64,000 bases of DNA, taken from contig NW_027117343.1 in NCBI RefSeq assembly GCF_038025025.1, positions 1 to 64,000 of the forward strand. The letters run 5' to 3'. Of this stretch, positions 34,982 to 46,541 are shown in pieces; the stretch's first letter is position 1; the number at the start of each line of letters is the position of its first letter. Under the pieces are notes generated by a model. That model was not told where the DNA came from. It saw nothing but the letters and a program-made list of their open reading frames with translations, and ran no database searches. This DNA comes from Phyllosticta citribraziliensis (Eukaryota). Made by a program: the position numbers and the translations under genes.

Positions 34982-35887
34982 ATGTCTCTCAAAACCTTTA
35001 CAATGGCCAGGGGACTCCCCGACCGATTCCACTTCGTCACAGCAGCTCGCCCCACCACAGCCGTCACCTCCACTTCCCTATCAGACGCACACGAGCGCTC
35101 TCAACCCCTCGGCGCCAACGGCTATTCCATCTACACCACCTCCGAGCTCGCCCCCTTGATCCACGAAGCCCTCTGCTTCTACCGCGCCTACCACACTTAC
35201 TTCAACAGCGGGGACCCGTAAGCCATCGAGTGCCGCCGAGCCGGCCAACCCCGCATCTTCCTCGACTTCTACGCCGCCCGGGATTGGCAGATGACGATGG
35301 AGCCCGTCGACCTCGCCGACTCGCAGTACGGCCCTGGCCGCGTTTGGAAGCGGACCGAGGCGCTTTACGCGGGCGCCACCGCCTTTTGGGACCTTCGCAA
35401 CATGCCTGACGAGCCTACCTGCATCGTCGACATTGTCAGGAGACGAGCGCCAGACGGAGACTTTCTGATGCGGAGCGCAGAGGACGCGGAGCGCTTCATC
35501 GGCGAGCTCAACTTCAGCACGAGGCCGCGAGCCTTTGACTTGCGGCGACGAGGTCGCTTCGAGTTGCCAGAGCACGAGCAGCCCAACGGGTACCTGGAGA
35601 GGTGCTATGCGGACCCTAACCGCTTCATGGACGCGGCTGGGGAGGCTTGCCGCGTCCACGGCACAGACGCCGTGTCCGCCAATGTGTGGATATGCTTCTG
35701 CGACTTTGCGTTGAAGTGGTGGATCATGGCAGAGCCTGCAGAGAAGATGAGACTGCTCGAGGCAGCGAGCATGGACGAGTGGCGCAAGGCTCTCGTGGAC
35801 AATTTGAGCCATGCGAAGCTTTGTTGGTGTGAAGGGCAGAGAGATGATTGTTCGACCTGCCTTGGGCTGGGGTTTTGGGATCCGTGA
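34982..35887 (+). pseudogene. Orphan gene (~300 codons) interrupted by one in-frame TAA at 35219-35221
   Basis: ORFs 34982-35221 and 35291-35887 are in the same frame with protein-like codons between them (AIECRRAGQPRIFLDFYAARDWQ); TATAAAA at 34922. Confidence 0.6.
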
Positions 35888-36195
35888 CTGGAAAGTGTTT
35901 GGCTGTTTTGTGGACGATGTGTAGGGCAAACGGGGGCATTCGAGGTTCAAGAGGAGAAGTGTGGATGAGAAGAGTTTGTATGCCTCCTTGCTCAGAGATG
36001 CCACTCTTGGAAGCACTGATGTAGAAAACCCGAGGACCCCGTCCATTCATCCACCCGTACAATCAACCTGGGTCACCTCCAACCGAACGCAGCAGCGTCG
36101 AAACCGCTTCCACCACTCCCCACAAGAACCTGTCCATCCATCCATCCATCCATGATTCCCACTTCCCCTTCCCCTCCCTCCCCTCCCAACTCCCC

Positions 36196-36933
36196 TCACT
36201 GGAAACCACCCTCGACGAAGATTCCCTCCACCTCCTTGACCGCCTCCAAGATCTCCCTCACGTTGCCGCCCACATCCGACAGCGCCTCGAGCAGGTGGTC
36301 GACCTCCGGATCGGCGAAGCGATCCATGCGACGCACGACGCTGCGCGCCTCCTTCGCCTCGCGGCTGACCTGCTCCAGCGCGTCCTGGACGGCCTCCATG
36401 TCGGCGACGGTGACGGTCGTGATGTCGGCATCGTCGATGATGCCGTCGGGGCCGCTGCCCGTGGTGCTGGTGCTGGTGCTGGTGCTGCTGGTGCTGGTGC
36501 TGGCGACACGCGGACAGTCGTCCAAGTACGCCTCGCGGGCGACGAGCTGCGCCTTGCGCGCGACAACAGCGGGATAGTGCCAGAAGCGCAGCGTGGCCGC
36601 GAAGAAGGCGTCGGCGGCGGCAGCCAGACGGACGGGGTCGGCGGCGCAGGGGTCGGTGGCCGCGAAGGGCGGGCCCTGGACGGCGAGGAAGGCGCCGGTG
36701 GCGTCGTAGTGCTCGAAGAAGAGCGGGAGGGCCGCGAGAGAGCGGATGGTGGTGGTGGTGGTGGCGCTGGTGGTGGTGCTGGCGGCCGGCTGCTTGTGCG
36801 CCGCGTTGTAGATGAAGTGGAGGCGGTAGGCCTCGTGGAGGAGCTGGTCTCGTTGGCCGTGGGTGTAGGAGGGCAGGCCGCCGCCGGAGAGGTCGGCCGC
36901 CGCGAGAACGCCGTCGGTGACGGGGAGCGACAT
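36196..36933 (-). CDS. Hypothetical protein with Thr/Ser tracts and a C-terminal coiled coil
   Basis: Strong GC3 codon bias; probable start MSLPVTDG at 36933; heptad-like C-terminus DMEAVQDALEQVSREAKEAR. Confidence 0.7.
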   Translation of the reverse strand: MSLPVTDGVLAAADLSGGGLPSYTHGQRDQLLHEAYRLHFIYNAAHKQPAASTTTSATTTTTIRSLAALPLFFEHYDATGAFLAVQGPPFAATDPCAADPVRLAAAADAFFAATLRFWHYPAVVARKAQLVAREAYLDDCPRVASTSTSSTSTSTSTTGSGPDGIIDDADITTVTVADMEAVQDALEQVSREAKEARSVVRRMDRFADPEVDHLLEALSDVGGNVREILEAVKEVEGIFVEGGFQ

Positions 36934-38149
36934 ACTGGTGGTGATGGTGGTGTTGGTGGTGGTGTCTGTATCTGCAGTCAGCTTGGGAGCGTTCATGGGA
37001 TGAGGATTGACCAACTGTTGGGGAACGGCGCGTTCTCAATGGGCAAAGGGCAGGCGAGATCGTGGCGTTCGCGCACGAGAGAGAGGTGCTGTTCAGGTCA
37101 GAGGCGTCAGTGAGTTCTTGAAGCGTCTGTCACCGCAGCTCACTGAGGCTCAGTGAGTGCAAGTGGTGGTTGCTTACCTGGTGGTGATGGAAGGGGGCGT
37201 TTCGTCGGGTGGAGGAGGAGCGGAGAGGAAGACGAAAGGGCAAGCTTTTAAAGAGGAGGAGGGTCTTGATGGCGTGTGCTGCAGTCATCGGCTCGGCGCG
37301 CCGTCGTGAAGCTGGGGTAAGAATGGCTGTTCACGATGGTGTTGTTGGCGACATCATGGACGAGATTCATGCGGTCGACAATGGGACGACAAAAAGAAGG
37401 GGCAGTCTGGTATGGCGATGGATGATGGATTCAGGGGAATGTCTATAGATTGCAATGGGATGGGCGTTCTATCTTCCAATCCTCTAACGCCCTCTAGACC
37501 CCTACTGCAGAGCAAACACTTCAAGAAACAAAGAACACCAGCACACCTATTAACCCAATCATCACACATACTCCAAAGACCAATCTAGAAGCTTCTATTA
37601 CCACCATGTACGCAGCGCTCGAATGCTCCCTGCGCGGATCATTACGCCGTCAAAATCACCAAATGCACTTCCGTCAAAATGCTCGCACGAAAACGCTCAC
37701 GAATAAAATCGAAAGTACAGGTAGTGGCGTTCTTTTCGCGCCGCGAATCTCGTACGTGATGTCTAAAAGTGCGCACAAAGTGCGCGTGGTGAGTGTCTTT
37801 CGCAACTGCAATCGCGGCGCAATTCGATTTTTCTGATTTCATGACTTCGCGGCCCGCGCCGCAAAAGCCAGTAAGTCCATCAGTACACTGTCCGCCATTA
37901 AGCTCCCGTTCACGCAGTCTTTCGTCAAATTATCACCGTCACTTGCTTTTCTTGCGTCTTGAGATTTACGAAGACTGCGCAGCCAGTCTGCGCCGACGAA
38001 GTAGAAAGGTACCTTAGCATTGACAGCAGAACCGCACGGCGGCAACAAGACTCGACGTCTTAAGGACAGCAAGCAAGCAATCTACGTATGCGTAAATGCA
38101 ACATTCAAGCTCTGCCTGCGATACCATCCAGTAGCTGGTCCATCAACAC

Positions 38150-38455
38150 AGCAGCAAAAGCAGAAGCAGCAGCAGCAGCAGCACAACAACAACAACCCGC
38201 CCAAGGCTCGTCAAAAGCAGCGTCTACCTCTGCCTCGGCCTCTGGCACTCTCATCCCATCCATCAATCCGTCACACTTACGCTCCGCCTCCTCCTCCTCC
38301 TCCTCCTCCTCCTCCTCCTCCTCCACATTTCTCCCATCTGTGCCATCCATCGTCAGTCAGCCTCATCAACCGCCCTCGTCCCTTGCATCACCTCCGCTCA
38401 GCCAGCGAAGCGAGGCATGTGCCCATGCCCGTGCCCGTGCCTGTGCCCGTGCCCG
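38150..38455. repeat. Cluster of microsatellites: (CAG)n/(CAA)n, (CCT)~12, (GTGCCC)n
   Basis: Direct reading at ~38150-38195, 38288-38323 and 38427-38455. Confidence 0.85.
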
Positions 38456-39210
38456 CGCCGTGGTATGTGCCAAGGGACCGACTGACGGGGGGCCGGGGTG
38501 TGTGGGGTAAGGTAAGCTACCTACCTTGGGTAGAGCCGGACGCGGCGCGCGGCGGTGGCGGCAATTCGTGTCAAGGGACTGGGCGGCTGCGACGCCGGGC
38601 GCGGGATGACGTTTGCGGGAAGGAAATTTTTCTTTCTTGCGTTCGCCTTTTTTGGCCGCTCGACAGGGCTGCGTTGAGGCTGACTTTTGAGTGCCCTCGA
38701 GCTGCACGTGAAGACGGGCTAGCGAAGTGGTGAGCTTGGCGGCTCAAGATTGTTTTGGAGCATGGCTGTCGCGAGGATGTAAAAGAGGCTCTGTTGGACG
38801 TTCAAGTAGGCACTGCAGGTTAGCAAGATTCCTCATTATCCATGCATTAGACTCCATTCTATCCAGTGGTAAATGTACAGGGAAACTCCTCATCGGATCC
38901 AGTCCATGATGTCTAACCGCCTCATTGATTGTTCTGGGCCATGTGGCTACCTTGACATCTCACCCTCCCATACCCATCCCATGATGAATTTATTTGCTCT
39001 TTCAAGACATCAGCCTGTCTCAGAAAGCCAAGGCTTTGTCTAGCCCTCAGATTCCGTTGAAAGAAGCAATTTTTCTTGACGCCAAAGAGCAACCCAGTGT
39101 CCAATCATCTCGTGAGTGCGACCAAAGCCTAAACGGACGTGTCTCGTTTCGGCAGGCCAGAAAACTCTTGTCGTATATCGTTCGTGTGCCGATAGCCAAT
39201 TGTTGGAGGC

Positions 39211-40822
39211 TTAAGTGACGGTGTATCCGCCGTCGACGCGAAGGTCGGCGCCAGTCACGTAGTTCGACGCGTCACTCGACAGGTAGGTGACGGCGCCCAT
39301 CAGGTCCTCTGGCTGACCCATCTTGCCCTGAGGGATCAGAGAGATCCACTTGTCGCGCAAGTCCGGGTTCTCGTCCAAGATCTTCTTGGTCCTGTGAGAC
39401 TGTCAGTCGCAACTCGACGAGAAAGAGGGTAAGCCGTCTGCAATGAAACTTACAAGGCCGTAAGCATGTAGCCGGGCGAGATGCAGTTGACCCTGATGCC
39501 AGCGTGGGCCCACTCAACCGCCAAGGAGGAGGCCAGGTGGCGCACCGCAGCCTTCGCCGCGTTGTAAGGCGCCTGCGGCTGGGGAACGTTGACAATGGCA
39601 CCGGACATGCTGCCAATCATGACAATCGAGCCGGGCGCCTTCCTCTCCAGCAGGTGACGCGCAACACCGGTCGCAAAGAGGTATGTTCCATCAACGTTCA
39701 CACCCCACAGCTTCTGCATGCGGTCGTGGGGGTAGGAAATGGCATCGAAATTCTCCGTGAAGCCAGCGCTGGTGACGAGGTTGTCGATTTTGCCATGGGC
39801 AGCCTATAAACAAAAGTCAACGATAGGTTCTTCATACGAGACAGTGTGGAGGAAAGGCAAGGGACGGGTAGCAGCTTAAATAGCTTCGTGTAATGCCTCC
39901 ACAACAGAAGGATTGCTCGGGTGAAGCAAGCTTGCTGTTGCCGGAAGCTGAACGCGAGCCCCAAGCCGCCACCAAAACTTGACAAATTTGTGTGACAACG
40001 GCAGGAAAACGTACCAGGACATCGGCGATGGCGGCATTGACAGACTCAGGGTCGGCAACGTCTGCGTAGTGGGCGGTCACGGTAGGAACGCTACATGTTG
40101 ATTCATTGTCAGCAATTGGCGCTTGCAAGGCTCAGGAATGTGGAGGTAGCACAAGGAGGGGTCGAGGGGCTCGTAAACGCGCGCCCAGCAGGCTAGTGAA
40201 GCTGCACCCGGGTGGGAGGCGAATCCGGAAAAAGCAACCTCACGATGTGTAACCTGGGGTGAAAGGACAAGGGGCGCACTTACACGTCGGTGTGGTGGTT
40301 TTCCTTGCGGAAAGTCTCCATCAGGCCCTTGGCCGAGCGCTCAGCTTCCTCCTCTGTGTAGGATCATGGTCAGTAGAGAAGGTGAAGCTTGGGTTGGTGG
40401 GTCTTACTGTGCATGTCGACAATGGCGACGTTGGCGCCGCTGTTGACCAGGGCTTGAGCCATGACGAGTCCGAGACCGCGAGCACCGCCGGTCACGATGC
40501 CGGTGCGACCCTCGAGCGAAAAGCTGGCGAGAGTGCGCTTGAAGTGCCATCCGGCGCGGCCCTGGGCAGGACGGCTGGAGGGGAGGTACTCTTCACCTGG
40601 GTATTCGTAGCGGACAGACTCGTCGGTGCGGGCAAACTGGCCACCCTCCTCGGCAGCTCCGGCGTTCTTGGGGTCGTCCTTGGAGGACTTGTCGCTACGG
40701 CGAGCAGAGAGAGAGAAGCATCGCTGGTGAGCTGCGGTAGGGCGGGCGGCAGAGGATGCGAGGTTGGCAGAGCGCGGGGCGGTGTAGCGAGCAGCTCTGG
40801 AGAGCATCTGTGGGCGAAACAT
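39211..40822 (-). CDS. Short-chain dehydrogenase, D-arabinitol 2-dehydrogenase-like, with mitochondrial presequence
   Basis: MFRPQMLSRAARY presequence; IVTGGARGLG; MIGSMSG; catalytic YNAAK; IRVNCISPGY; DGGYT end; several introns. Confidence 0.88.
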
Positions 40823-40939
40823 GGTGTCGAGGTGGGAAGGGTGTGGTTTGGAGTGAGAGGTGGAAGGTGGAGAGGAAAGAGAGGTCAATTGGAGTGTGGG
40901 GAGGAGGGAGATGGTTTTGTAGCTGGAAGGGAGAAGGAC

Positions 40940-40969
40940 GAAGAAGAAGAAGAAGAAGAAGAAGAAGAA
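40940..40969. repeat. (GAA)10 microsatellite in a divergent promoter
   Basis: Direct reading. Confidence 0.9.
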
Positions 40970-41210
40970 GAGAGGGAGCTGGAGCTGCAGCTGTCGAGTC
41001 GCGGCGGATGACGTTTTGGGTGTGCAGTCCAGTTGTGACGGGCGGGAAGGAGCTTAGGTTCGCTGCCCTACCACTGCTCCTTCCCCGGGCGGCGCTGTGG
41101 CCACTGATTGGCGGGCCCCCCTTCCGTTGGCTGCCCTGCCCTCTGCCCTCCCTCTGCTCCATAACATCACTCCCGCCCACTCCGCTCCACCTCCTGTCCT
41201 GTCCACCACC

Positions 41211-42644
41211 ATGACGCCCCCTCTCAACCTGTACCTCTTCACCTGGAACCTGGCCCGCAACCTCGTTGATCCTCGTCAGCTCGCCGTCGATTTTTTTCGC
41301 GCCGCCGCCCCCTCGCGCTCAGGGTCCAGCTCGCCCTCTGGCTCTGGCTCCGGCTCCACCACAACAACGCTCCCTGACGTCATTGTCCTGAGTCTGCAAG
41401 AGATCGCCCCAATCGCATATGCCTTTCTCGGTGGCCACCTGCTGGACCCGTACCTGAGTCGCATCATCGACACCTTGCCGCTCGCCGCCAAACACCACGG
41501 CGCGAGCCCAGATACCTATCGTCATGTGCTGACCAAATCCCTGGGCCTGACGGCCATCATGGTCTTTGCGACTCCCGACGCCGCCGACCGCATATCCTGG
41601 ATCCAGACTGCCGGCGTCGGCGTCGGCCTCTGGGACATGGGCAACAAGGGTGCCGTAGGAGTCCGTCTGGGACTGCGCCCCGAGCCCGACACCGACCTGC
41701 AGGAAGACGTCGAGCTGACCTTTGTCGCCGCGCACCTGGCGCCCATGGAGCCTGCAGTAGCCAGGCGCAAAGAGGACTGGGAGGCGATAGCGCGCAACCT
41801 CGTCTTCGAGGCCGACGCCGAGCACGCTGCAGCCAAGGCGGGGGAACCTGCAGTAGAACGCGGCGCTCGAGACGGGGACGACCAGCAGCCCTTGATATCA
41901 AAAGACTATGCCTCGAGCGCTGCAACCGCCCTGCACGGCATCTACTCGCCGACGGCTCACGTCTTTTTCGCTGGCGACCTCAACTACCGCACCAGTGACA
42001 CGCCCCCCTCGCCACAGGACCACCATTCGTTCCCCCAGCTAGAAGCATCGCCCGACTCACCACTGCACTATTCGCATCTCCTGAAGTCAGACCAGTTGGC
42101 TCGCGAAAAGGCCGCTGGCCGCGTCTTCCAAGGCTTCGTCGAGGAACCCATCACCTTTCCACCAACATACAAGTTTTCATTTAGTAGACGACCGGTCCCT
42201 CCTCCGCCATCAGAGACTCCGTCTCCCGAGCCCGAATTGACGACATGGCCCTGGGCCAAACATCGCTTCCCCAGCTGGTGTGATCGCATTCTCTTCCTCT
42301 CGTCTTCCAGTCCCTCAAACGACAGCAGCAGTAGCGACTCGCCTCTCCAGCCTCACTCCTACACGTCTCTCCCCATCCTCGCATCCTCTGACCACGCACC
42401 CGTCGCCCTGTCCCTCTCCCTCATCCCCAAGCCCGTCACACCGCCATCTGACCCAGCGCATCCGCGCAACAAGCCGCCGTTCCCGCTTAGCCCGGACTGG
42501 AAGCAGCGCCGCGACGCAGCGCGAAGGAAAGAGGTCGTCGTTGGCGTGCTGTCATGGCTGGCCTTGACGTGGGAGGGCAACGGCGTGTTGCTGGCCGTCA
42601 TTGTCGGCTGGGCTGCCGTATGGGGTGTCTTGGGAAGCAGGTAA
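41211..42644 (+). CDS. Inositol polyphosphate 5-phosphatase with C-terminal membrane anchor (Inp54-like)
   Basis: TWN, LSLQE, GNKGAVGVR, AAHLA, FAGDLNYR, FPPTYK, PSWCDRIL and SDHAPV motifs; hydrophobic C-tail. Confidence 0.92.
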   Translation: MTPPLNLYLFTWNLARNLVDPRQLAVDFFRAAAPSRSGSSSPSGSGSGSTTTTLPDVIVLSLQEIAPIAYAFLGGHLLDPYLSRIIDTLPLAAKHHGASPDTYRHVLTKSLGLTAIMVFATPDAADRISWIQTAGVGVGLWDMGNKGAVGVRLGLRPEPDTDLQEDVELTFVAAHLAPMEPAVARRKEDWEAIARNLVFEADAEHAAAKAGEPAVERGARDGDDQQPLISKDYASSAATALHGIYSPTAHVFFAGDLNYRTSDTPPSPQDHHSFPQLEASPDSPLHYSHLLKSDQLAREKAAGRVFQGFVEEPITFPPTYKFSFSRRPVPPPPSETPSPEPELTTWPWAKHRFPSWCDRILFLSSSSPSNDSSSSDSPLQPHSYTSLPILASSDHAPVALSLSLIPKPVTPPSDPAHPRNKPPFPLSPDWKQRRDAARRKEVVVGVLSWLALTWEGNGVLLAVIVGWAAVWGVLGSR

Positions 42645-43605
42645 GTTTTTACGTTGAGGTTGGGATTGTCAAGCGTTGCGACGGGGAGGGATTAATGGAT
42701 TGGGATCGAGGCTGGGACGTGGTGGCTGGCTTTGCGGGGTGCGAATGAGCACCGCAGAGTCGCAAGCTTCTGACAGACGGGACGGGACCGGGAATGTCGA
42801 AATGAAGATGAGAGGATCGTGATCTTATCAGCCCTTTACGTATCAATCTTGCCTCACAGACAAGACAGACTCCACGCCCCAAAAAAAAAATATCAAACAA
42901 CGTACGATGAGATGAACACTTTTCTTGCTCTATCAATCCGAAGGCTTGTCACATGTGCAGGTAATGAACAAGGCAGGACAAGGCAAGAAAGCGACGCTGC
43001 AGGCTCGAACGAGTGAGGCAGGGCAGAGCATCTTGATCTTGACGTTTTACACCACGGCGCAAAGCAGACGAAACGTGAAAATGAACGATGTGAAGAGAAG
43101 AGTTTTCTATCAATGACAAAGATACCTCGCTCAAGTCCCCACCTTGCTCCTACTTCTCCAGCTCCTTCCTCCCGCTTTCCCAAAGGCAGAGAGCTTCATC
43201 CACGCATCCATGCGTTTGAATACTCTCCCTGCTCCCGTAGACAGCTTGGCGGACGCGTCGCCGTGGGCGTTTGGTGGAAAGTGGTGGAGAGCAGGGAGTG
43301 GGATGCTGCGGTGAGAGATTTTGTGTTGTGAGATGTGGTGGTGGTTGAGGCATGCCGTCGTGTAGGCAGGCTTTGCTGCCTGGTTGCCATGATCGATGCA
43401 GAGCGGAGTCAACCATGGATGATGGAGGACGTAGAGAGTGGAAGGGAGGGAGGAGAGAGGGGCGAGGGAGACAGCGGAGGAGGAAGGACGACGAGTGGCG
43501 GCCAAGGTAGAGAAGAGCCAGGGAGCAGAAGAGACGCAGGCAGCAAAGGCAGCGAGGTGAGACGTAACGTATGAATGGATGGACGCTCAACACCACACCA
43601 CATCA

Positions 43606-46065
43606 TCACTTCCTCTTCGCCTCCTCCAGCACGACATCCTCTCGCTCGCCCGCACCAATCTCGCCCTTTTGCACCTTCTTGACCTCGCCATCAGCCTCCA
43701 CAACATCATCCAGCTCCTCGCCATCCTCAACGTCCTCCTCCTCGACCTCCGTCACGGCCTCGGCCTCCATCTCCTCACGCTCGCTGACCCGCGGGCCCCG
43801 CTCGCCCTGCACGACCTCGCCGCCGCTAATCTGCCACTCCATGAGGCGCGCGAAGGCGCCGCCGCTGCGGCTCAGCTCGTCGAACGAGCCCTCCTCCGCC
43901 ACGCGCCCGTCGTTGCCGAGACACACGATGCGGTCCGCGCGCTTGATGGTGCTGAGCCGGTGCGCGATGCTGATGGTCGTGTTGTTGCCACGCAGCAGCG
44001 CCGTCAGCGCCTGGTTCACCAGCGTCTCGCTCTCGGCGTCGAGCGCCGACGTCGCTTCGTCGAGGATGAGGATGTCCGGGTTCTTGAGCAGCGCGCGTGC
44101 GATCGCAATGCGCTGCTTCTGGCCGCCCGAGAGCTGCGTGCCTCGAGCGCCGACCGAGGTCTCAAGACCTTCGGGCTGCCGTCGTCGTTAGCGTGATGTT
44201 GCCATTCGATGAGCTATTGGTGTACTTACAAAGTCTCCGATGAACTGGCAGTTGGCCTTGCGTGCGGCGGCAATGATTTCAGCCTTTGTCGCGTTGGGGT
44301 TGCCATAGGCAATGTTTTCGGCAATGGTGCCGGAAAAGAGCACCGGTTCCTGGCCGACAAAGCCAATCTTGCGGCGCAGCTGTTTGGCATTCATCTGCGT
44401 AATGTCCTTGCCATTGATGGTGATGCGGCCCTGATTGGGGGTGTAGAAGCGGAGCAAAAGACTGGCGACGGTCGACTTGCCGGCGCCGCTGGGTGCGACG
44501 ATGGCGACATTTTTGCCTTCGGGAATCTCGAAGGTCAAGTCTTGAAAGATGGATACAGCCGGCCTCGTTGGGTAGCTAAAGTCAACGTGTTCGAAACGGA
44601 TGGGGCCGCGAGCTGACTTGACGGGGTCGCCGACTGTGGGAGGCAGCGTTGGGTTGCGGTCTTGCAACTCAAATAAACGGCTGGCTGCTCCAACGCCCTT
44701 CATCAACTCCGAGTAGAATCCGGAAAGACCAAACATGCTTGAGCCAGCATACGCGGTGTACATCAAAAAGGACGAGAGGTCTCCGATGCTGATGGCGCCA
44801 GATTTGACCATGGCACCGCCAACGTAGAGAACTCCGAGGATGGTAAAGTTGCCCATCAGCCCGGTGCTACCGAAGAATGAGGCCGCAACAATGGCTTCTC
44901 TTTTGCCCAATTCGAATATCTTCTTGACCTGGCGGTTGTATCGGCCGACCTCCTGGGCTTCTCCGGCAAAGGACTGAGTTGTGCGGACGTTTCCAAGGCG
45001 CTCCTCGGCGATTTTCGTCAAAGTTCCGAGGTTCTTCTGGATCTTGCGGCTGATATTGCGCATGTAGCGCCCGAAGAGAAAGGCAGAAACGGCCACGGGT
45101 GGGAACATGATTCCAAGAACGCCGGTGAGCTTCAAAGATACCCAACCCATCATACCGAGACCGGCCGCACCGCTGACCAAAGACCGAAGTCCATCTGAGA
45201 GATTCTGCGTGATGCTCTTGCCGACAATGATTGTATCCGATCCCAGGCGAGAAATCAAGTCTCCCACTCTGTTGGCGTCGAAAAACTCGGCATTTTGAAT
45301 GAGCGTGCGCCGGTAAAGCTGGGATCGTAACCGCGCGACGACTCTCTCGCCGACAATTCGGAGGAGAATGATGCGTCCGTAGTTGGCTCCGGCTCCGATG
45401 ACGAGGACTCCGGCCAGGGCGGCGTAAAAGGTCGTAACATCCAGCCCAAAGAGCAGTTCCTTGTTGCCTTCGGGAGAGGTTGCAATGTCGATAATTTTGC
45501 CAATCGAAAAGGGTATAGACATGGTTACAGCGGAGGATATCAGCAGAAAGACAAAGGCAATGCCGAGGGTTTTGGCTTCTGGGCCGGCAATCTTGACGAG
45601 TCGCAGAACTTCGCTCATTCCACCTTTTTTCCCGCCCCTACTCAGCTTTGCGCTGAGATCAACTTTGGCTGCCTGCGCAGCCTTTTCCGACTTTGAAAAG
45701 CCGTTGTCATCGTCGTCATTGTCTTCCTGGTCCTCTTTTGCCCGGTCCTTCATCTCATCCTTGTACGACTTTTTAGATTCGGCATATTTCGCAGAGACGG
45801 AGAAGGGTCGTATCGAGGTGGATGCGGTCCAGACGGACGTGTTGAACGGCGCGGAAGACAAGATGCGTCCGCGGCTGAGGTGTGACGTCGACGTCCGCCA
45901 TGCAGCTGCGGTAAGTGGGGAGGCAGAATTGGAAAAATTCCTGGGGTTGGCGAGCAGAGCAGCGACTGATCGAGCAATTGGACCGTCGACGGAGTGTCTG
46001 GAGGCTTGAGAAACAAGTCCCCGACAGTTCCAGGCGCGCTGGAACATGGAGGTTGATGCGCGCAT
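43606..46065 (-). CDS. MDL1: Mitochondrial half-size ABC-B transporter
   Basis: Presequence, transmembrane domain, Walker [26 protein letters not shown], Walker [18 protein letters not shown]; intron ~44176-44229. Confidence 0.9.
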
Positions 46066-46541
46066 TGTTCAGCCAGCGAATTACCGACGGGCGATGCAGA
46101 GAGGACGGGTGGATGCAAGCAGTGGGAACGAGGTGAACATGATGCTACCAGTGCGAAGGTGAGCTATGCGAGCGGGCTGGCGGCTGCAGGCATGGGCGGT
46201 GGTGTGGACAAAAAGTTGTAGAAGCCAAGACGGTGGTGATGCGATCATACCAGGTCCAGGTCCAGGTCCAGGGACGGGGACGGGGACGGGGAGTCAGCTC
46301 CAGTCGTCGGCCGCATCAGGGTCCGACTTCTGCGGAATCGCGCAGAAGCAACGCAGTAGTGGCCCCGCGCCGCCCTAGCTGGCAGCTCCTCTGCTGCGAC
46401 AACTTCTCCCCATCCACCACCACCATCTCCTCCACTGCTTCTTCTCGCAGTTTGTGCTTTATTGCCTCTCGTCATCCAACCATTGTCTTCTAGCGTCACC
46501 TTCTACTGCGCATCCCCGTCGCAAACGCCACCTGCATCACC

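Noticed and set aside
38020..38733. 237-aa ORF with poly-Q and poly-P
   Set aside because: Non-ATG start; built from microsatellites; no domain
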